A stretch of 57,793 nucleotides of DNA from Bacteroidota bacterium (GCA_023432805.1 JAEYUG010000041.1:1-57793); one strand, 5' to 3'. Shown: positions 21,257-31,210, numbered from the stretch's first letter. Program-made: numbers and translations. The notes: generated from the sequence alone by a model not told the origin.

Positions 21257-24200
21257 ATGGATCGTGTGTACGGTAGAACATCCATACGCCATCTGACATG
21301 CACGGTATTGGGGATGTTGTTCCTCACCGCCGTGGTTCGTGTCGAGGCGCAAGACATCCGCACGTCGCTGACGATGTTCGACAACGTCGGCAACAGCGGA
21401 TCGGTGACGGTGGGGATCAATCCCGCGGCCACCGACGGTGTCGATGGTGGCTTGGGGGAGGCGGTGCTCGGACCCAGGCCGGGCGCGGGCGTCTTTGACT
21501 TGCGGGTGATCGATGATGATCTGTGGACTCCGACGCTGCTCGGAGACGGCGTATCGCTCGATCTGCGCGGCATCTACGGTCCCCCACCCTTCACGACCAC
21601 GCACGAACTGCGCGTGCGACGCAGCGCGCTCGCTACTACGACCTCGTTGCAATGGGCACTGCCCCTGCAGGCCGGCATCACCGGTGCCCGGCTCGTCTCC
21701 TACCCCGACACCACATTGTTGTCGGTGGACATGACAGCCATCTCGCAGGTGGTGCTTCCTCCGGGAGTGGGCAGATATCTCGTGCGTGTCACGTATGGTG
21801 GTCCCAGCATCCTGCGCCATATCTTGACCACGACCGTCGATCCGATCGCCGCGGGCGGCATCAGCATCGCTCCGAACCAGGCCGACTACGCGCCGGGCTC
21901 GCCCGTGCTGCTGACGGCATATGCGACCGATACCTGCTACGCATTCTCGCACTGGTCGGGGGATGCGACAGGATCACTCTCCTCGACAACCATCCTCATG
22001 AACGGGGATCGGGCAGTCACAGCGCACTTCGTGCCCCGCATGTTTGCGTGGACGGCCTCCTCCCTCGTGCCCTTCGTCGTCAATCCCACCACCCCGCCTC
22101 CGCAATCCCTCGTGATCGCGAATGCCGGCATCGGGTGTCAGGCATGGACGGCTTCCGCATCGATGCCATGGATCGCACTATCGACGACCGCCGGCGTGGG
22201 CAACAGCACCATCGATGTCTCGATCGATCCTTCCGCCCTGCCCTGCCCCGGGACGCATCAGGGATTCATCACACTGACGTCGACGCAAGGACTTCCCTCG
22301 ACGCTGACCGTGCCGGTCACGGTGTTTCTCGGTACGCCGTCCGTCTCAGCGCGTACACTGGGAGCGCCCGTGTTGATCGGGTGTCAGCCGAAGGCCAATG
22401 ATCTGATCGTGGTGACGATCGACAACGCGGGTGTGCAGCCTGTGACCTTCCCGACAGCGCCTGTGCCGGGACCCGGTTTCGTGCTGAAGAATCCCGCCGC
22501 ATTTCCGCTGACGGTCAACCCGGCAGACTCCGCGCAGTTGTATTTCGAGTTTGCGCCTGTCGGCGGGCAGAACGGCATCATCACCGAGAACATGGTCCTG
22601 AATGCGAGCACCTGCGGTCGTCAGGTGCTCGTGCAGATCAGCGGCACGCGGATCGCGCCGCCGATCACCGCCGATGTGCAAAGCGTGCACTTCGGCACGA
22701 TCTACGAATGCGCTGCCGAGCCGCTTCCGACCGCGACAATCACGCTACGGAATCTGTGGAGCGGACCCGTTCAACTGCGCATCACAACCGTGACGGGCGA
22801 TGCGATCGATGTCATCTCCGCTCCCGCCATGCTGGCCGGTGGTGCCAGTGGCGCCATCGTGCTGCAGCCGCAGCGCCTCGGCAACTCGCCGATCTCAGGT
22901 CCCTTGACCATCGAAGCGGACTATGGTGTCTGCACGGAGATCCTGCAGGTCCAGCTCAACGGCGAGCGCGCCCGCGCCTCCTTCCGCGCCGAGGCTGCGG
23001 CGACACCTGGCTTTTTGCCCCCGCAGGTATTCGATTCTGTCTGTGTGGGCGGGTACTCATCCACCCGCTCCGTTCGCATCATCAACGACGGCACAGCGCC
23101 ACTCGTCATGGCCCTGAGCGTGCCACCACCCTTCGAGGTCGACGGTTTCCTCTCCTCATTCCAGCTCGCACCCGGTGCGCAGCGCATCGTCACGCTTCGT
23201 TTCCATCCCGTCGCGAGTGGCAGCTTCACCGGCGTGTTCACCATCAATGCCGATCATTGCGCACTGACTACGTCGGTCGCTCTGTCGGGCTCCACCTTCA
23301 GCCAGCAGGTGCTCGCCACGACCGTGACGCCCGCGACAGTTCGACTCGGCAACTGCGACTCCTCGGCGCGAATCAAGGTGAGCATCGCAAACAATGGCAC
23401 GTCACCGGCGACCTTCACCACGCTGCCTGCACTGCCGAGCGGATTCAGCTGGGACGGATCAGTCACCCTCCCGATCGTGATTCCCGCGAACCCCGCCACC
23501 CCGTTTGAAGCCTTCGTCACCTTCCGTCCCCCGATCGGTCAGGGCGGCAGTTTCGGAGGCAGCGTGCAGTGGTTCGGTGATCCCTGCGGCACGGGCGCCT
23601 ACTTCACACTCGACGGCGAGCGGGAGCTTCCGCAGGTGGCCGTGTCGGTACTCGACACCTTCGTCGTCGCCGCGGTCCCCCCCATCCCCCAGACCCTGTC
23701 TGTCGCAGCCGTCTCCGGTGCCGGATGCTATCGCTGGTCGGCGTCGGCAGACAAGCCGTGGATCGTGCTCTCCCGCTCGTCGGGCACGGGCGACGATTCG
23801 ACGGTTGTTTCGATTCTCACCAGTGCGCTTCCCTGCCAGGGCACGCACGCCGGCACGATCACGATCACGCTGGCGGGACTCGATCCCGTCGTCATTGAAG
23901 TTCCAGTGATCGCTGTCGTCGGCAGTTCGGATCTGGCCGTCACCGTCACCGGTTCGCCTGTGATTCTCGGCTGTCAGAACCGCGCCAACGACCTGATCAG
24001 CGTCACCGTCTTCAACAACGGCGGCGCATCAGTCACCTTCCCGGCAGCCCCCGCGTTGGGCGAGGGATTCGTGCTGCGCAATCCGGGCGCGTTTCCGCTC
24101 CTGGTTGCGGCGCGCGATTCCGCTGTGTTTTATGTGGAATTCGCGCCGACCGCATCGCAGCGGGGACTCATCGTCGACAACACGATCCTTTCGACAGCCG

Positions 24201-27200
24201 GGTGCGGAAGCGACCTTCTTCTGCAGCTCAGTGGAACGCGCATTGCTCCGATGCTCACGACAAGTCTTGCACGGATTGATTTCCATGAAGTGCTCGTCTG
24301 CGAGGGAGACTCCCTGCCGTCGATGTCGCTGTCCATCACCAATGCGCATGCGGCCCCGGTGGCACTGCGCTACACGGCGCCGCAGGGACTGTCGATCGTG
24401 TCCGCCCCGGCGCTGCTCGCGCCCGGTGCAGGCGACGTGATCGTCGTGCGTCCCGTTGCACTGACCGCGGTCGATTTGAGTGGCGTGCTCCTGATCGAAG
24501 GCGACTACGGCGTCTGCGTCCAGCCCCTCGCGCTTCCCTTCGAGGCCCACGTGCGTGTGCCGGGTCTGCGTGTCGAAGCTGCATCGACCCCCGGAACGCT
24601 TCCACCCCAGGTCTTCGACACGACCTGCGTGGGTGCCTATTCGGCCCCGCGGCTGATCCGCATCTCAAACACGGGCAGCGCCGCGCTGCGCGTGACAGTG
24701 ACCATGCCGCTGCCCTTCGAAACCGATGCCTGGGGTTCGCTGCTCGTGCTGCAGCCGGGTGAGGAACAGCTGCTCGCCGTGCGCTTCCACCCCACGACTG
24801 CTGGATCATTCGTCGGCAACCTCGTCGTGAGCGCCGATCAGTGCGCACTGTCTTCGACTGTCGCGCTGCAGGGCGTGACGGCCGGCCAGCAGGTACTGCG
24901 TGCTCTCGTCTCTCCGGATACGATCACCCTCGTTGCCTGCGAATCCGACGCCACCCTGCGTCTGACCGTCACGAACACCGGGGCACGGGATGCGGTCTTC
25001 ACATCGCTTCCCGATCTGCCTGCGGGCTTCGCCTGGGATCCCGCGCTGACCCTGCCCATCCTCATCCCGGCAGACTCGACGCGTCCCTTCGAAACCCTGC
25101 TGCGCTTCGTACCTACCGGTAACGGCACGGCACGCTTCGGCGGCAGTGTCCAGTGGTTCGGAGAGCCGTGCGGTACGTCGGTCTACTTCACACTCGCCGG
25201 CGAACGCGTGCAGCCCCGCCTCACGGTGACGCCTGGCGTGCTCGATTTCGGTGTGACCTCGTGGTGCAGCACAACCGTGCAAGCGGGTCCCCGCCGCACC
25301 CTGACGCTCGTCAACACGAGTTCGCTTCCGATGCACATCAACGCACTGGCACCGACTGCAAAGTATGCACTGCATCTGGGACCCCTACCCTTCCCACAGA
25401 CCGGCATGGCACTGGCGGCAGGCGCATCCATGGTGATCGAAGTTGAGGAACGTCCCGCAGGCGGCGGACGCTTCGCCGACACCTTGTTCATCGTTGCCAC
25501 CGCAGGCACGACGGGAAGCTGTGAGCAGCGTCTGCGCGTCGCGTTGACCGGTGAACGGTATCAGCCGACCTTCGTGATTCACGAAGAGGCACAGAGTGCG
25601 GACTTCGGAGATGTCTGTCTGCAGTCGATCGCATTGCGCACGTTCGTGATCGAGAACATCGGCGACAAGCCGATTACCGTCCGCGCCGTGGCCCCACCTC
25701 CGACATCGCCGTTCCAACTGCTGCAGGTGCCCCTCCTGCTGAACATCGCTCCCGGTGAACGCGCGCAGTTCCGCGTGCGTTTCGCACCCGTGGTGCCGGG
25801 GCCCACAAGCTTCCAGATGGGCTTCGTCAGCGATGCCTGCACGGATACGGTGCGCTTCATGCTACGCGGCCAGGGCGTGCAACCGACGTTCGCCGTCACC
25901 GGCATGGTACCGACCGGTGAAATCACCGCGCTGACCTGCGAACGACCCGGAACGCGGCGCATCGTCGTGACCGTGACCAATACCGGCAATGATCCCGTCA
26001 CGGTAGCCGACGCTGGCGTTCCCCCGGTTGGATTCATCTTCGACCCACCTGGCCAGTTCCCCTTCCGCCTGCAGCCCGGTCAGCGTCAGGATGTTTCGCT
26101 TCGACTTGTCGCATCCGACCCTGGCCGCTACGGCGGTGTGGTCACACTCCGCGGATCCGCATGCGCGAGCACTGCAACGTTCCGGCTCGAAGCGTTGATC
26201 CTCGATGCCTCCTTCGACATCCCACAGCGATCGATCGCATTCGGCGACATCCATGTGTGCACCGATGGAGAGGTCAGGTCCTCCGATCAGGAACGACTGA
26301 CCAGATCCTTCATCATCCGCAATACAGGTGATGTACCGATGTTCGTGCGTCGCATGCTGACACCTGTTCAGGGACCCGTCGACATCATCGCACCGGGACT
26401 CCCCGACTTCGGCATTCCGCCCGGCATGACGCAGTTGGTCACACTGGCACTGCGGCTTCCGATCGACTCTACGGTGAATATCTTCGCCGGTGTGATCGAT
26501 CTCGAAATCGCGCGTGACAGCGCATGTCCGCTCGAGTTTGTCTCCATCCCCTTCGATGGTCGTGTACTGCGCATCGATTACGGCTTCGCGCAGGATAGTC
26601 TGCATGCAACAGCCGCGTGCATCACGCGTCCGGTCGACATGCAGGCACGACTCGTCAACATTGGTTCGGCACCGGCATCGTTCAATCTGTCGTTGCTGAA
26701 TGCCACGGGCTTCCGACTGGTGGATTCGGCACGCACGATTGCGCTCGCACCGCGATCGGAGCGACTCATCGACATCCGCTACACGCCCGACAGTGCACGC
26801 GTCACTGCGACGGGGACGCTGCTTGCAACGGATCTGCATTGCGGGCTTTCGACAAGTCTTCCCATCAGGGTGGACCTCGTCACTCCGGAACTGTTGCTTT
26901 CGCTGAATCCGATTGCGCCTGTTGAACGCACCTTTGAGGCGCGTCCCGGAGATGTGATCGATGTACCTGTCTTCATCGACTCGACGGTCACCTGCGCGAC
27001 GGGCTCCACGATGGTGACCTTCGACATGCAGTTCGACGTCTTCGCACTGGCACCACTTGCGGTGAGTTCACCGCAGGGCAATGCCTCGCTGCATCGGGTC
27101 GCTCCCGACCGTGTCGTGATCACCATCGCCAACGCGGCGCTGTTCAGCGGCGAACTTGCACGGATCAAGGTGGAGGTGCTGGTCGGTCCGACAGCGTCGA

Positions 27201-27598
27201 CCTCCTTTACGATTGGTGCTGCCCGGGTGCAACCTCCCATCGCGATCATCGACACTGGTCTGGCTGCTCGCGCGACCGTGAGGATCCAGCCACGCAACGG
27301 TGTGACCACACTCGCGGATCTCGGCATCACGAGCGTGCGTCCCCCGAAGCCGAATCTGATCACGACCGTAAGTGCCTCGCACACGGCAGTGACCGTCGAG
27401 GTTGCCGCAACTGCCGCGGGTGAACTCGCGCTGTTCGACCAGCTCGGCAATCTCATGGTGCGGCTCCATGCCGGGACCTTCGAACGCGGTGTGCACACCT
27501 ACGATCTGGAGACCGCGACATTGCCCAACGGATTGTACTTCGTCACGTTCCGAGCGGGACGCGACATGACCTCGCAGAAACTGATTCTCGCCCGATGA
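21257..27598 (+). CDS. Giant (~2110 aa) cell-surface protein of tandem Ig-like (BACON-like and ASH/choice-of-anchor-D-like) domains with T9SS C-terminal sorting domain
   Basis: ORF 21215..27598; the likely start is the Met at 21257, just before the hydrophobic signal (RHLTCTVLGMLFLTAVVRVEAQ). Recurrent domain starts of the form (I/L)DFG(D/T)(V/I) (VHFGTI, IDFHEV, LDFGVT, ADFGDV, IAFGDI) and ...PWI(A/V)LS...G.G...V.V.I... BACON-like segments. An internal ~530-aa tandem duplication is marked by QISGTRIAPPITADVQSVHFGTI vs QLSGTRIAPMLTTSLARIDFHEV and QWFGDPCGTGAYFTLDGERE vs QWFGEPCGTSVYFTLAGERV. C-terminal ...GELALFDQLGNLMVRLHAG...GLYFVTFRAG matches the T9SS CTD. Confidence 0.7.
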   Translation: MDRVYGRTSIRHLTCTVLGMLFLTAVVRVEAQDIRTSLTMFDNVGNSGSVTVGINPAATDGVDGGLGEAVLGPRPGAGVFDLRVIDDDLWTPTLLGDGVSLDLRGIYGPPPFTTTHELRVRRSALATTTSLQWALPLQAGITGARLVSYPDTTLLSVDMTAISQVVLPPGVGRYLVRVTYGGPSILRHILTTTVDPIAAGGISIAPNQADYAPGSPVLLTAYATDTCYAFSHWSGDATGSLSSTTILMNGDRAVTAHFVPRMFAWTASSLVPFVVNPTTPPPQSLVIANAGIGCQAWTASASMPWIALSTTAGVGNSTIDVSIDPSALPCPGTHQGFITLTSTQGLPSTLTVPVTVFLGTPSVSARTLGAPVLIGCQPKANDLIVVTIDNAGVQPVTFPTAPVPGPGFVLKNPAAFPLTVNPADSAQLYFEFAPVGGQNGIITENMVLNASTCGRQVLVQISGTRIAPPITADVQSVHFGTIYECAAEPLPTATITLRNLWSGPVQLRITTVTGDAIDVISAPAMLAGGASGAIVLQPQRLGNSPISGPLTIEADYGVCTEILQVQLNGERARASFRAEAAATPGFLPPQVFDSVCVGGYSSTRSVRIINDGTAPLVMALSVPPPFEVDGFLSSFQLAPGAQRIVTLRFHPVASGSFTGVFTINADHCALTTSVALSGSTFSQQVLATTVTPATVRLGNCDSSARIKVSIANNGTSPATFTTLPALPSGFSWDGSVTLPIVIPANPATPFEAFVTFRPPIGQGGSFGGSVQWFGDPCGTGAYFTLDGERELPQVAVSVLDTFVVAAVPPIPQTLSVAAVSGAGCYRWSASADKPWIVLSRSSGTGDDSTVVSILTSALPCQGTHAGTITITLAGLDPVVIEVPVIAVVGSSDLAVTVTGSPVILGCQNRANDLISVTVFNNGGASVTFPAAPALGEGFVLRNPGAFPLLVAARDSAVFYVEFAPTASQRGLIVDNTILSTAGCGSDLLLQLSGTRIAPMLTTSLARIDFHEVLVCEGDSLPSMSLSITNAHAAPVALRYTAPQGLSIVSAPALLAPGAGDVIVVRPVALTAVDLSGVLLIEGDYGVCVQPLALPFEAHVRVPGLRVEAASTPGTLPPQVFDTTCVGAYSAPRLIRISNTGSAALRVTVTMPLPFETDAWGSLLVLQPGEEQLLAVRFHPTTAGSFVGNLVVSADQCALSSTVALQGVTAGQQVLRALVSPDTITLVACESDATLRLTVTNTGARDAVFTSLPDLPAGFAWDPALTLPILIPADSTRPFETLLRFVPTGNGTARFGGSVQWFGEPCGTSVYFTLAGERVQPRLTVTPGVLDFGVTSWCSTTVQAGPRRTLTLVNTSSLPMHINALAPTAKYALHLGPLPFPQTGMALAAGASMVIEVEERPAGGGRFADTLFIVATAGTTGSCEQRLRVALTGERYQPTFVIHEEAQSADFGDVCLQSIALRTFVIENIGDKPITVRAVAPPPTSPFQLLQVPLLLNIAPGERAQFRVRFAPVVPGPTSFQMGFVSDACTDTVRFMLRGQGVQPTFAVTGMVPTGEITALTCERPGTRRIVVTVTNTGNDPVTVADAGVPPVGFIFDPPGQFPFRLQPGQRQDVSLRLVASDPGRYGGVVTLRGSACASTATFRLEALILDASFDIPQRSIAFGDIHVCTDGEVRSSDQERLTRSFIIRNTGDVPMFVRRMLTPVQGPVDIIAPGLPDFGIPPGMTQLVTLALRLPIDSTVNIFAGVIDLEIARDSACPLEFVSIPFDGRVLRIDYGFAQDSLHATAACITRPVDMQARLVNIGSAPASFNLSLLNATGFRLVDSARTIALAPRSERLIDIRYTPDSARVTATGTLLATDLHCGLSTSLPIRVDLVTPELLLSLNPIAPVERTFEARPGDVIDVPVFIDSTVTCATGSTMVTFDMQFDVFALAPLAVSSPQGNASLHRVAPDRVVITIANAALFSGELARIKVEVLVGPTASTSFTIGAARVQPPIAIIDTGLAARATVRIQPRNGVTTLADLGITSVRPPKPNLITTVSASHTAVTVEVAATAAGELALFDQLGNLMVRLHAGTFERGVHTYDLETATLPNGLYFVTFRAGRDMTSQKLILAR

Positions 27599-27611
27599 GG
27601 AGCATTCACCC

Positions 27612-28379
27612 ATGAACTCAGCACATGCTCGCACTGTCGTCATCGCCGTCCTCATGCTGACGGCTCTTCCCCAGGCGTATGGCCAGCTTCGCCGGGCCAA
27701 TGACCGCACCTGGCATGCATTGCGCGGCGGTCTCGTACTCGGGTATGCCCGCAGTCTGCACAGCGGCGATGTGCCGATGCTGCCGACAGACGGCAACACG
27801 ATGTTCACCGATGGTGGTGGCAGCAATGTCACCTTCGGTGTGCTGCTCGAGAAGCCACTTTCCCGCTTCATCGCCCTTGGTGCCGCCATCTCTCTCGATC
27901 CCCTGAGCGCGACATTCACCAAGCGTTTTCAGGAACCCTTCCGCATCGCCGATTCGCAGGGCACCTTGTATGATGTTCGTCGAGAGCACGAGACGGAATA
28001 CTCGCTGCAGTATGTCTCGTTGCGCGCCTTTGCAAAGCTGTACCCTTCCGGCGGACCGGGATTCTTCGTCGGTGGCTCGTTCGGTCTCGCAGCGCTGGCG
28101 AAGGGCACGTACAAGAATTCGGCGATGCTGGTCGAACCGATATGGGCGAAGGGCAGTCAGAGTGCAACGACGAGCGGCGACCTGCCTTCGGCCAATGAAC
28201 TGCGGTATACCGTCGGCGCCCTGGTCGGTTACGAGATCTTCTTCAACTACGGTTTCGTCGCCCCCCAACTGCAGTACGATTTCGCACTCAATGCCGTTTC
28301 GAGTGCGGGCTGGTCTGACAACTGGTCGGTAGACAATCTCCGTGCCGTGGTGACGGTCACCTTCCCCTTCCCGTTCTGA
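27612..28379 (+). CDS. Small outer-membrane beta-barrel protein (OmpA-like porin / PorT-family type)
   Basis: Signal peptide MNSAHARTVVIAVLMLTALPQAYGQ. Alternating amphipathic beta-strands, 255 aa, C-terminal ...VTVTFPFPF with a terminal Phe. It lies 14 bp downstream of the giant T9SS cargo gene. Confidence 0.6.
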   Translation: MNSAHARTVVIAVLMLTALPQAYGQLRRANDRTWHALRGGLVLGYARSLHSGDVPMLPTDGNTMFTDGGGSNVTFGVLLEKPLSRFIALGAAISLDPLSATFTKRFQEPFRIADSQGTLYDVRREHETEYSLQYVSLRAFAKLYPSGGPGFFVGGSFGLAALAKGTYKNSAMLVEPIWAKGSQSATTSGDLPSANELRYTVGALVGYEIFFNYGFVAPQLQYDFALNAVSSAGWSDNWSVDNLRAVVTVTFPFPF

Positions 28380-28395
28380 TTCACATTTGCGCATG

Positions 28396-28428
28396 AAAAA
28401 AGGGCCTCCCATAGGAGGCCCTTTTTTC
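28396..28428. terminator. Bidirectional Rho-independent terminator (AAAAAAGGGCCTCC-CATA-GGAGGCCCTTTTTT)
   Basis: Perfect GC stem flanked by an A-run and a T-run, between the convergent OMP gene (+) and the M23 peptidase gene (-). Confidence 0.75.
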
Positions 28429-28442
28429 GTTCTCGCCGGTGA

Positions 28443-30470
28443 TTACCGGACCTTCAATTCCGCAGTTGCATGGTTGCCTGCAAGATCGGAGACGCGTACC
28501 TGCACCGTCGTCCCCTTCGCCTTTTTCCAGATGTCTGCGGGGATGAACCAGAAGCGCTGCGCCTCAGAGTATTCAAGCGGGATGATTGCGCCATCCAGCC
28601 GCGCCACAATGCTATGGGTGTTGACACCGGATTCGGCGTCCCGTACCGTGATGCGGACAGGCATGTTCGACCGTGAGGCAGCGCTGATGCCTATGACGGG
28701 ATCCACCGCATCGCGTCGGCTGACGTAGGTGCCGAGCATGCGGGAGACAACCGCCTCGACCCGTCCATCACCCTGCTGTGGCTTCTGCACGCATCGGATG
28801 CGTGTGGAGGGATGTGTTGCGGTGATGAACGGCTTCCCCCCGGTGTCGGAGACGCGCATCGAGAGTGCGGGTGCGCCAGCCAGCGGGATGTCGTCGGGCC
28901 ATCCTACATAGGTACCGGGCGATCCTTTCACAGGTGTGATCCCGCACAGCATTGAACGGTAGACGTCTCCCTTCCGGAATGTCAGGATGCACGATCCATC
29001 AGCGCTGCGCACGACCCCGCCGCTGCTGTCGGTCACGAGTGTGGCCTCGATGTGATCCGACCACTGGGCATTGCTCCCGGGAACGGTGATGGTCGTTCGC
29101 GCTTCGCCCGCGAATCCAGGCCAGGAGCGGACGACAGCACGGAAGCGTCCGCCGCCGAGTGGAAGAATGCGTGCCCGTGTGGTGGTTTCCCCCTGGGTGA
29201 GGTTGACCTCGGGATCGCGTTCTCCCGCACCGGAGATCATGTAGACGATCTCGTCGAAATGGAAGCTGCGCTCGACGCGCAGGGATCCCTTCGATCCGGT
29301 CTGAACGGTGTTCAACGAGAAGGCGTCGGCGAGCTTCACGTCGGCCGTGATGGTTGCGGTGTTGCCCGCGATGTCGGCTGCCTGTATGCGAAGATGCCGC
29401 GTTCCCTCGCCGAGCGTTCGTGCCGAGAGAACGCCAGCATCACGCGTGGCTGGCGTATAGACTGCCAGATCGTTGCCATCTTCACGATAGATCTTGCGGA
29501 ATTCGCCCTGGGCCCGCTTCATCATCCAGTGATCACGATCGATGCGGATATGCCAGCCATGCGTGTTTTGAATGCGGTCGAAACGCGCGGCAAAGTGCCG
29601 CCTTCCATCGACGTCGAGGGAGAGATGGTAGGGTGTGGGTGTATCCTGCGCACCCTGCGCACGGTCGAAGGCACGCAACTGCAGGCCGACACGTCCGCGT
29701 AGAACGGGTGTGCGAGCGATGCCCCAGGATCCGTCCTTGCGACGCGTGACAGGTACGCTGACTGCATCGAATCCGCCGTCGATCGACGACAGTGCGTCGA
29801 GCGGCTCGAATCGAAGCTGCACTGGCTCGGGTGGGATGCTGTCAGGGACGGCGAGCGCAGGTGCCCGACCGGGGTGCACGGGGTTGTATTCGGGATCACG
29901 CACTTCGAAGTGCAGGTGCGCGGGACCCGCGCCCGTATCGCCCGTGTAAGCCACGACCTCACCCTTCCGCACGGCGAGACTGCTGTCGGGCCACTCGGCC
30001 ATGCCGTAGCTGCGTCCCATTGCCACGAGGCGGGCGAAATACGCGTCCCGGATGCGCGCGGGAAATCCATCGAGATGCGCGTACGACGAAAAGTACCCAT
30101 CGCGGTGGCGCAACACGAGCAGCCACCCATATCCGAAGGGCTCGAACGTGATCGACGAGACCCAGCCGTCGCGCACGGCGAAGACCTTGAATCCGTTTCG
30201 GAGTCCCGTGCTGACATCGATCCCCGCGTGAAAATGCGTCGCACGAAACTCCGCGAAATCCGATGTGCGGATGCGCGATGCATCCGTGGGCCAGATGTAG
30301 TCGTTCCAATCCGTTGGTGGCAGCGCATCGGGCGATGTCGTACGCGCGAGCGCGGCATCAACACCGAACGTACCGCCGCCACCTGCCAGACGTACCAGAT
30401 ACCCCGCTCCTCCACCGACGACGGCAAGTGCGGCGACAATCACAGCGATACGCAGCATTCGCCTGTTCAT
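28443..30470 (-). CDS. M23 family (LytM-type) metallopeptidase with an N-terminal membrane anchor and a ~450-aa C-terminal extension of unknown function
   Basis: TM helix MNRRMLRIAVIVAALAVVGGGAGYLV. M23 motifs HFHAGIDV (HxxxD) and GDTGAGPAHLHFEV (HxH). No recognisable domain after residue ~220. Confidence 0.75.
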   Translation of the reverse strand: MNRRMLRIAVIVAALAVVGGGAGYLVRLAGGGGTFGVDAALARTTSPDALPPTDWNDYIWPTDASRIRTSDFAEFRATHFHAGIDVSTGLRNGFKVFAVRDGWVSSITFEPFGYGWLLVLRHRDGYFSSYAHLDGFPARIRDAYFARLVAMGRSYGMAEWPDSSLAVRKGEVVAYTGDTGAGPAHLHFEVRDPEYNPVHPGRAPALAVPDSIPPEPVQLRFEPLDALSSIDGGFDAVSVPVTRRKDGSWGIARTPVLRGRVGLQLRAFDRAQGAQDTPTPYHLSLDVDGRRHFAARFDRIQNTHGWHIRIDRDHWMMKRAQGEFRKIYREDGNDLAVYTPATRDAGVLSARTLGEGTRHLRIQAADIAGNTATITADVKLADAFSLNTVQTGSKGSLRVERSFHFDEIVYMISGAGERDPEVNLTQGETTTRARILPLGGGRFRAVVRSWPGFAGEARTTITVPGSNAQWSDHIEATLVTDSSGGVVRSADGSCILTFRKGDVYRSMLCGITPVKGSPGTYVGWPDDIPLAGAPALSMRVSDTGGKPFITATHPSTRIRCVQKPQQGDGRVEAVVSRMLGTYVSRRDAVDPVIGISAASRSNMPVRITVRDAESGVNTHSIVARLDGAIIPLEYSEAQRFWFIPADIWKKAKGTTVQVRVSDLAGNHATAELKVR

Positions 30471-31168
30471 GCAGCGCCAGCCGACTGCGTGGTCCCAAGC
30501 GTCTCTGAACCGGCGACTGTGAATGCGGCACGGGTCATGTTGGCGAGCACGAGGTCGAGCCTGTCTCCAGGGGTCAATGCGGCCACTCCTTCGGGCGTGC
30601 CCGTGTAGATGAGATCGCCTGCCTCGAGCGTGAACATGCTGCTCAGATACTCGATCAGCACCGGAACCGGGAAGAGCATCATCGCCGTCGAACCCTGCTG
30701 CCGACGCTCGCCATTGACATCGAGATGAAACTCGAACGATGCGGGATCATCGGCTTCCCCACGGTCGACGAAGGTCGAGATGCAGGCCGACGTGTCGAAT
30801 CCCTTCGATATCGTCCAGGGCAATCCCTTCTTCTTGAGTTCATCCTGCACGTCACGGGCAGTCAGATCGAGTCCGATGCCCCATCCTCCCACATGATCGA
30901 GCGCGCGTTCGCGCGGGATGTTCCTGCCACCTGTGCCAATCAGGACGACCACCTCGACTTCATGGTGCACGCTGGCACTGAAATGCGGCAGCACGATCGT
31001 GCCCCCATCGTCGAGCAGTGCGGAAGCCGGCTTGAGGAAGACCACCGGGGTCTCGTTTGCGACGTTGCCCAGTTCTTCAATGTGGCGGGCGTAATTGCGT
31101 CCGATGCAGTAAATGGTTCCGACGCGAAGGGAAGTTCCGGAGGGGTGCAGTTGACAGGTATGCGGCAT
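30467..31168 (-). CDS. Fumarylacetoacetate hydrolase (FAH) family protein
   Basis: 233 aa. GRNYARHIEELGN..., ...PVVFLKP..., ...EVEVVVLIG... and ...GDLIYTGTPEGV... are typical of the FAH fold (2-keto-4-pentenoate hydratase-like). Its stop overlaps the M23 start (ATGA). Confidence 0.8.
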   Translation of the reverse strand: MPHTCQLHPSGTSLRVGTIYCIGRNYARHIEELGNVANETPVVFLKPASALLDDGGTIVLPHFSASVHHEVEVVVLIGTGGRNIPRERALDHVGGWGIGLDLTARDVQDELKKKGLPWTISKGFDTSACISTFVDRGEADDPASFEFHLDVNGERRQQGSTAMMLFPVPVLIEYLSSMFTLEAGDLIYTGTPEGVAALTPGDRLDLVLANMTRAAFTVAGSETLGTTQSAGAA

Positions 31169-31210
31169 GATGCGGTGGTCGGTGGTGAAAACGGACAGCC
31201 ATCAATCTAC

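Noticed and set aside
27612-28379. Calling the small barrel downstream of the giant cargo a PorP/SprF-type partner.
   Set aside because: At 255 aa it is shorter than typical PorP/SprF proteins, and it lacks the N-terminal Q-rich/NPA-type motif I associate with that family. It looks more like the generic OmpA-like/PorT-type 8-10-strand barrel, so I kept the broader call.
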